Shown piece after piece: positions 34,581 to 35,638 of a DNA stretch of 35,638 nucleotides. Each line of letters starts with the position of its first letter. The stretch's first letter is position 1. The translations under genes and the position numbers were made by a program. The notes under the pieces are model-generated. The model made no database searches, was not told the origin of the DNA, and worked only from the letters and a program-made list of their open reading frames with translations. This stretch comes from Octopus sinensis (taxonomy: Eukaryota). Where the stretch lies: contig NW_021826256.1 of NCBI RefSeq assembly GCF_006345805.1, forward strand, positions 1-35,638, in the 5' to 3' direction.

Positions 34581-35295
34581 TGTTATACTTTCAAAAGAAG
34601 CCCACTAACGTCTTTCACAGACAAATTGTTTTCACCACCGCAACAACGCGACATCATCACCGTCGCCACCGCTTTGGCATGCAAGCTGCTGATGTTGCTG
34701 CTGTTGTTGTTGCTGCAGCTGCTGCTGGTACATTTCTTACAGAGTTTGCTTCTCTTTACCTCAAAGCCTCCTCATCCACTAACGCCATCTTCTGCATGTA
34801 AGGAAGGTACGGAAGTGAAGACTGTCAGTGCTCTATATAGATATACACACATACATACATACATACATACATACATACATACATACATACATACATACAT
34901 ACATACATACATACATACATACATGCCTGTGTTTTCGTTTAAATTGAGTATGTATGTGTGTGTATATTATATATATTTGTGTGTGTGTGGCTGTGTGTGT
35001 ATCATCTGTAGCCACCTTCACTACTTTTAAAACCTCACTCACACAACACAAACATACGCATAGGTACGTGTACATAAACGTGCACATAGACACATATATA
35101 TGCAATAGACACACACACATGCATACTTAAGCATACATATATTGAAGTACGCTTACGCACAGCATACACACATTACATATGCATGTCATTGTGGTAGGGG
35201 AGAGGAAGGTTATTGTGATGTAGGTTTTCACGTATGACATTGTGCGTATACGTGTAACTATTTGTATGTATTACTATATCTCCATGTATGCATTA

Positions 35296-35331
<36 letters not shown>

Positions 35332-35530
35332 GCATTCATACGCACATGCACACATGCGTGCGCTTGTAAATTTGTGTGCGTGCATATACATTTACGCACA
35401 CATCACACTGCGTCCTTCATTTCGTATGCGCATATACGCATACATATCTGCACGTTGAAACACAAGCACAGACATACGCTGACACGTATACATACGCACT
35501 TATATGCATGCACACACAACGCACACGTAC

Positions 35531-35605
<75 letters not shown>

Positions 35606-35638
35606 TATAGATAGATAGATAGATGGACGATAGATATA
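35531..35638. repeat. (GATA)n microsatellite
   Basis: Direct inspection. Confidence 0.95.

Overview
AT-rich, microsatellite-dense eukaryotic DNA, mostly intronic or intergenic. The SINE families and repeat landscape point to a coleoid cephalopod, probably Octopus (inference). No complete protein-coding gene can be supported, and most ORFs in the track are translated microsatellites. Real coding remnants are all from transposable elements: a full-length mariner, a Tc1-like element with long TIRs, an internally deleted DD37D/maT element, a CR1-like LINE 3' end, and five R4/Dong-like REL-endonuclease fragments in or beside (TAA)n. Non-autonomous elements include a canonical Helitron, a pogo/Tigger-type MITE, a hAT MITE and three tRNA-SINE families. 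The main unexplained signal is about nine type I hammerhead ribozyme (HHR) motifs. Three of them sit in 360-450 bp units that are tandem, inverted or circularly permuted, as expected for Penelope-like pseudo-LTRs or non-LTR retrozymes. One HHR is fully canonical (22440-22516). Another carries a compensatory U3-A8 core pair (15246-15287). A few weak host-exon candidates are flagged at low confidence. All alignments and folds were done by eye.
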